A stretch of 64,000 nt of DNA, from positions 1-64,000 of IMG/VR virus record IMGVR_UViG_3300031760_000005; one strand, written 5' to 3'. Positions within the stretch are counted from its first letter, which is position 1. Each line of letters opens with the position of its first letter. This document shows, in pieces, positions 59,965 through 64,000 of the stretch. Position numbers and translations under genes: made by a program. This DNA comes from a virus (taxonomy: Duplodnaviria; Caudoviricetes). The notes under the pieces were generated by a model that saw only the letters and a list, made by a program, of their open reading frames with translations, searched no databases and was not told where the DNA came from.

Positions 59965-60266
59965 GCTTCTAATATTTTATTTAGCTTTTCCAATAATTCA
60001 TTACTTTTATTATAATTTTCCAACCATTTCTCACTTTCATGACAACTTTGAAGAACTTCATTAAATTCAGGATTTGATTCATCTAATAACCATTCTCTTT
60101 CATAAATAGAACTTAATGAGAAATGAGACCCTTTCATATATTGTTCGGTTTCATCTTGAATATTGTCAATTTCTTCAGCAGTCGTTCCAATATAAGTTTG
60201 AGTTATGTCAGAATATAATGGGTCAATAGCTTTATACTTTATTATTCTTTTCATTTTGATATTCAA
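59961..60266 (-). CDS. Hypothetical protein
   Basis: 101-aa ORF. Confidence 0.6.
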   Translation of the reverse strand: MNIKMKRIIKYKAIDPLYSDITQTYIGTTAEEIDNIQDETEQYMKGSHFSLSSIYEREWLLDESNPEFNEVLQSCHESEKWLENYNKSNELLEKLNKILEA

Positions 60267-60540
60267 TATATTTCAAAACATCTTCTTTAGTATCATATAT
60301 TTCATCTGATTTAACCCACCAAGCATGACCTCTTCTATTTACTTTATATTTAGTTTCAACATGCCATACATCACTCATAGGCATACCATCATCATATTCA
60401 TCATATCCCTTTGTAATATTCAATTGGCATTCTTCAACATAAACTTCCATAGGTGCTGGTTCGTGAGTATTTTTAAGATGACCTACCATATACCTAAATA
60501 CCCCAACCTTATGAGAAGCAGAAATTCTTAACTCGTCCAT
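60232..60540 (-). CDS. Hypothetical protein
   Basis: 102-aa ORF. Confidence 0.6.
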   Translation of the reverse strand: MDELRISASHKVGVFRYMVGHLKNTHEPAPMEVYVEECQLNITKGYDEYDDGMPMSDVWHVETKYKVNRRGHAWWVKSDEIYDTKEDVLKYIEYQNEKNNKV

Positions 60541-60551
60541 ATCTTAACTAA

Positions 60552-60986
60552 TTAAACAATATCTACTGTGATGATTTTAGGATTCTTCACTACCATAATT
60601 GGATTACCATTTTCATCTAATTTTGGTATTTTATTTCCATTTTCATCAATTTCACATTCTTCTTCAAATTCACCCAACATTCTAGGTGCAAAATTTAATT
60701 CACGTCCAGCATCCAACAATTGTTTAACAACATTACCAGATGGTGTTTCAAGTAATTCTACATTTGCGCAAACTTGATTATCATTTATATAAATGTTGTT
60801 TACTTTATGCGTAATTTTTCCAGTATGAATTATCATTGGATCTGTCCCGTAATCAGGAGCAAGCTCACCGAATTGTTTGCCATTTTCTTTCCATTCTTTA
60901 ATAGCATTTTCTATACATTCTTTAGTAAAAACTACGCCATTCTTATCTGGATGGTCAAGGTTAAATATTTTAAAATCGATTTCCAT
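60552..60986 (-). CDS. Prohead core protease (T4 gp21)-like protein, catalytic residues substituted
   Basis: NG..F......A, FGELAP, ITH, ELLETPSG..VK.LLDAG, FAPRMLG, ITVDIV. Confidence 0.7.
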   Translation of the reverse strand: MEIDFKIFNLDHPDKNGVVFTKECIENAIKEWKENGKQFGELAPDYGTDPMIIHTGKITHKVNNIYINDNQVCANVELLETPSGNVVKQLLDAGRELNFAPRMLGEFEEECEIDENGNKIPKLDENGNPIMVVKNPKIITVDIV

Positions 60987-60989
60987 AAT

Positions 60990-61193
60990 TTAATCATTAT
61001 ATTTTTCATTATGATAAAAATCATAATATATTGCGCATTCTTTTAATCCTAAATTAGTATGGATCTTTATATATTTAAGTGCTGCAGGTTTTGATAATGA
61101 TTTCATTTCATTAAACTGCTCTTCAGTTAATAAATCTTTTTTATACCCATCACGAATTAATGCATCTATATCTTCCATATTTATTTTCCCCAT
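60990..61193 (-). CDS. Ribosomal protein L7/L12 C-terminal-like small protein
   Basis: K.AALKYIKIHTNLGLKEC..YYD resembles K..AIK..R..TGLGLKEAK. Confidence 0.5.
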   Translation of the reverse strand: MGKINMEDIDALIRDGYKKDLLTEEQFNEMKSLSKPAALKYIKIHTNLGLKECAIYYDFYHNEKYND

Positions 61194-61570
61194 TTATTTA
61201 TTTTATCATTCATTAACAATTCGTAATATTCACCAAAAGATAAATCCTTAATCTTATCTGGCTTCTTAATACTTACAGGTGATATATGCATATATTCAAT
61301 ACATTGACGTGGAGTAATTGTACCATTCTCTGCATCAATATGATGCTTAGCACATAGCGCAGCACCATTAGAAAGAATATATCCACCATTATTCCAAAGA
61401 TGTCTATCCAATATATGATGAGCATCTTCAGCGGCACAATTACACCCTGGAACGCAACACTTACCATTTGTCCTGGCAAACACTGCTTCCTTAAAATCAG
61501 ATCTCATCCGAATTTTTTCTTTTAAAATATTTTCTTCAATAGACATATTTTTATTTATTATATAAATCAC
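61181..61570 (-). CDS. HNH endonuclease-like protein
   Basis: CCVPGC...DAHHI..R......GY..SNG..LC..HH..AE. Confidence 0.8.
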   Translation of the reverse strand: MIYIINKNMSIEENILKEKIRMRSDFKEAVFARTNGKCCVPGCNCAAEDAHHILDRHLWNNGGYILSNGAALCAKHHIDAENGTITPRQCIEYMHISPVSIKKPDKIKDLSFGEYYELLMNDKINKWGK

Positions 61571-61886
61571 TTACCTCTCTCCACTCAGGTCTACGAAAAT
61601 CGGGAGTTACATCTCGCCAGCATGTCATATCAGGCTTAGCATAGCAAATTTCAAAAATTACATTCTTTTTGCCAATAATAGGATAATTATATCCAACTCT
61701 AATTGCGACCTGAGTTTTAGGATGCCTATAAAAAAGATAGTTACTAAACATAAAAGGTTCATCTTCAGGAGAAAATCCACCATCTCTAATAAAAGAATAA
61801 CCCTTATTAGTCAAACTCTCTTTAACCTTGTCAAGATTAAGTGAACTAAACTTTCTACGAATTTTTGCAGGATAAATAACAGGCAT
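61551..61886 (-). CDS. Hypothetical protein
   Basis: 111-aa ORF after promoter motif. Confidence 0.65.
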   Translation of the reverse strand: MPVIYPAKIRRKFSSLNLDKVKESLTNKGYSFIRDGGFSPEDEPFMFSNYLFYRHPKTQVAIRVGYNYPIIGKKNVIFEICYAKPDMTCWRDVTPDFRRPEWREVSDLYNK

Positions 61887-61914
61887 AATATTTAATTTTT
61901 TAATTACAATTATA

Positions 61915-61943
61915 AATATAGTAAACTTTAGTATTTATTTCAA
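61915..61943 (-). promoter_or_regulatory. Early/middle promoter TTGAAA-N17-TATATT
   Basis: Recurrent motif. Confidence 0.65.
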
Positions 61944-61971
61944 ATAATATTTAATTTTTTTATAACATCAT

Positions 61972-62002
61972 AAAAAAAGAGGAATAATTTCTTATTCCTC
62001 TT
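61972..62002 (-). terminator. Intrinsic terminator
   Basis: AAGAGGAATAA-TTTC-TTATTCCTCTT with A-run. Confidence 0.75.
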
Positions 62003-62023
62003 CGTAAATAATATTTATATATT

Positions 62024-62659
62024 TTATTTAAATATCTGATCTATAGTTTGACCTTTTACAAAATATTCAGAAGTTAAATCTTTTCCTTCCCATTTTACAG
62101 GATAACCTTCGTATTTTCCTCTCATAACTGGATTAAGAAGATCTTCATTTTCTTTCACTGCTTTTACAACAGCTTTGTGTGATACGAATTTAACTTTCTT
62201 TTTATTTTTACAAACGCAAATATAATAACCGTTTTCATTAAAGTTTGCTAATGAACCAAGTGAAATAGCCCCAATATAATCTTTAGAAATTTTAATGTCT
62301 ATAAAACAAATAGGTTTATTATCTTCATCAACAATGATTATATCACCGTTTTTAGTATCAAATGTACTCTTTTCTTTATCTGATAAGTTTTCCCATTTTT
62401 TGTTTTCACTTGTTAATTCGTAATATTGTTGAGTACTAATAGCTTTATATTCATTATTGTTCTTAGTAAAACTATCTATAAACAATTGTTCATTTATTTT
62501 AGATATATCAAATCTATTAGGATCTTGATCATTAGTATCTTTTAATTTACCAAAATCTAAATCTTTTGTAAGTGCATTAAGAATATTATTAATATTTGCT
62601 GGTATTTCTGCATCATATGATAATGATGACTCGTAAATATAATTTATAAGTTTTTTCAT
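62024..62659 (-). CDS. PD-(D/E)XK nuclease-like protein with capsid-targeting-like leader
   Basis: E..F helix, GDIII...FIDIK; MKKLINYIYE. Confidence 0.55.
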   Translation of the reverse strand: MKKLINYIYESSLSYDAEIPANINNILNALTKDLDFGKLKDTNDQDPNRFDISKINEQLFIDSFTKNNNEYKAISTQQYYELTSENKKWENLSDKEKSTFDTKNGDIIIVDEDNKPICFIDIKISKDYIGAISLGSLANFNENGYYICVCKNKKKVKFVSHKAVVKAVKENEDLLNPVMRGKYEGYPVKWEGKDLTSEYFVKGQTIDQIFK

Positions 62660-62704
62660 TTTATAATAAGCTATATTTTATTTAATAAAAATAATAAAAT
62701 AATA

Positions 62705-62805
62705 ATAAAATGGTGAAGGCGTTCATTTTCTTTCTTATGTGTTGCTAAGCAAGTTGACCACGAAAGTAATGTAGAGCCTTTACTTTTCTTCCTTCACCAT
62801 TTTAT
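62705..62805. ncRNA. Putative structured small RNA
   Basis: 15-bp perfect closing stem ATAAAATGGTGAAGG/CCTTCACCATTTTAT around about 70 nt of intergenic sequence. Confidence 0.4.
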
Positions 62806-62858
62806 CAATATTTAGTCATCCCAAGTATAATCATCTGGATTTGTGTGAATATATATAA

Positions 62859-62975
62859 TTAATCTTCAAAATAATTTCTATAGCAAAAAATACAAGGCAC
62901 AGGACTTTCTTCTAAGCCTTCATTATATATTGTATCTTGCCATTCTTTAAATATTTTACAAGGATTATTACACAT
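62859..62975 (-). CDS. Small Cys-containing protein (38 aa, not in ORF track)
   Basis: MCNNPCKIF...PCIFCYRNYFED immediately after rtcB. Confidence 0.5.
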   Translation of the reverse strand: MCNNPCKIFKEWQDTIYNEGLEESPVPCIFCYRNYFED

Positions 62976-62977
62976 AA

Positions 62978-64000
62978 TTAATCTCCTCCATCTGCCGCCT
63001 TAATATTAATTTTAGGTATCATCATGAATTTAATCTTACAAGTTTCCTGGATTAAATCTTTAATCTCATTGGTGTCCTTATAAGCCATAGGTGATTCGTC
63101 AATTGTTCCCTGACAAACTGTTGTAGAGTAAACATTCTTCATTGACTCTTCAAATTCCTTCATAGAAACTTTTTCCTTAGCCTTTGAGCGTGACATCTTA
63201 CGACCTGCTCCATGGGCACATGAATTAAGCCACTCAGGATTTGAAAGACCTTCACAAATAGCTACACCATCTCTCATATTAAAAGGAACAAGCATTTCTT
63301 CACCTATATAAGCTCGGATTGCACCCTTACGAATAATAGGTATCTCTTCATCAAAATCAATATAGTTATGTGTAGATATAATTTCCTTAGTTACTTTACA
63401 ACCATACTTAGCAACTATATTATCAATTGTACGATGAAGAATAATATGATTGAATCGAGCATATGTTCTTGCAGTAAACATATCGCAGAAATATCCATTC
63501 ATCTTATCTCCGGTTAAGAAACCTTCAATATGTCCTTCAGTCTTTGAATCCAAATACTTCTTAAGAGCATCCTTAAAGCCTTCCATGTTTTTTCTTCCAT
63601 GTTCTTCAATATATGCTTTCTTAAACTCATTTGTATACTCCTTCATTTCAGCTTTTGAAAGAGCAGCACCCTTAGACTTGTTTTCCCAATACTTACAAAC
63701 CTTTACTCCAAAATTTCGAGAACCGCAATGAACAGTTATACCATAAAGATTGTTCTCTTCATTGACATCATATTCGCAATAATGATTACCTCCCCCAAAA
63801 CTATTAATTGAGTAATACCAAGTCTTAGGATCCATTCCAAGACGATTAAGCATATCCATTATCCATTTCTCAGTTACTGTGTCTGGGAGCGCAGAGAAAA
63901 TTTCTGGATGTCTTGACTTTGCTTTTCTAAACTCAGTTGACATAAACTTATAAAGCTCTTTATCTTCATACATCTTCTTAGGAGACAAATTGAATCCCCA
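62978..64000 (-). CDS. rtcB: RtcB family RNA ligase (5' end outside window)
   Basis: SFGGGNHYCE, HCGSRNFG, THNYI, RKGA, PFNMRDG, SCAHGAGRKMSR, DESPMAYK. Confidence 0.92.
   Translation of the reverse strand, partial: WGFNLSPKKMYEDKELYKFMSTEFRKAKSRHPEIFSALPDTVTEKWIMDMLNRLGMDPKTWYYSINSFGGGNHYCEYDVNEENNLYGITVHCGSRNFGVKVCKYWENKSKGAALSKAEMKEYTNEFKKAYIEEHGRKNMEGFKDALKKYLDSKTEGHIEGFLTGDKMNGYFCDMFTARTYARFNHIILHRTIDNIVAKYGCKVTKEIISTHNYIDFDEEIPIIRKGAIRAYIGEEMLVPFNMRDGVAICEGLSNPEWLNSCAHGAGRKMSRSKAKEKVSMKEFEESMKNVYSTTVCQGTIDESPMAYKDTNEIKDLIQETCKIKFMMIPKINIKAADGGD

Noticed and set aside
62705-62805. tRNA gene
   Set aside because: No D arm, anticodon arm or TTC T-loop consistent with a cloverleaf on either strand
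194-63731. Many short ORF-track entries nested within or antisense to larger genes (e.g. 194, 2861, 4235, 6373, 22453, 30264, 60568, 63450)
   Set aside because: Fully overlap well-supported genes and lack motifs
1-64000. Stop-codon reassignment (TAG=Gln as in Lak phages, or TGA=Trp)
   Set aside because: Long structural and enzyme genes are intact under code 11; the TAG stops checked (11421, 56734) fall at plausible gene ends and read-through adds only a few residues

Overview
A 64-kb segment of a very AT-rich, densely coded, T4-like jumbo/mega-phage genome. The host is probably Bacteroidota (Bacteroidota-like IF-1, no Shine-Dalgarno sites seen), and the standard genetic code fits. Minus-strand operons carry mostly early/middle functions: gp32-like SSB, DinG helicase, RuvC-like resolvase, RtcB, RNA ligase, PARG, IF-1, Glf and many small ORFs. 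Plus-strand operons carry mostly late/virion functions: fibre proteins, baseplate gp25/gp6, glycosyltransferases and capsid-internal proteins. The best candidate for an undescribed system is a 7-gene operon at 22396-29206: dNMP kinase, T4 gp42-like dCMP hydroxymethylase, an AlsE-type (allulose-6-P) 3-epimerase, a nucleotidyltransferase-kinase fusion, a beta-glucosyltransferase-like GT-B enzyme, a KdsC-type phosphatase and an atypical C5-cytosine methyltransferase. It predicts 5-hydroxymethylcytosine carrying a phage-made rare sugar (allose/allulose or xylulose-type) rather than glucose or arabinose. Other notable signals: 13 proteins sharing a T4-like capsid-targeting leader; an orphan DGR-like variable region; a tandem array of micro-ORFs (MIRDRP/MEVRPPP); a catalytically dead prohead-protease paralogue; a long-stem putative ncRNA after rtcB; and two repeated promoter motifs. 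All family assignments come from motif recognition by eye; no database searches were run.
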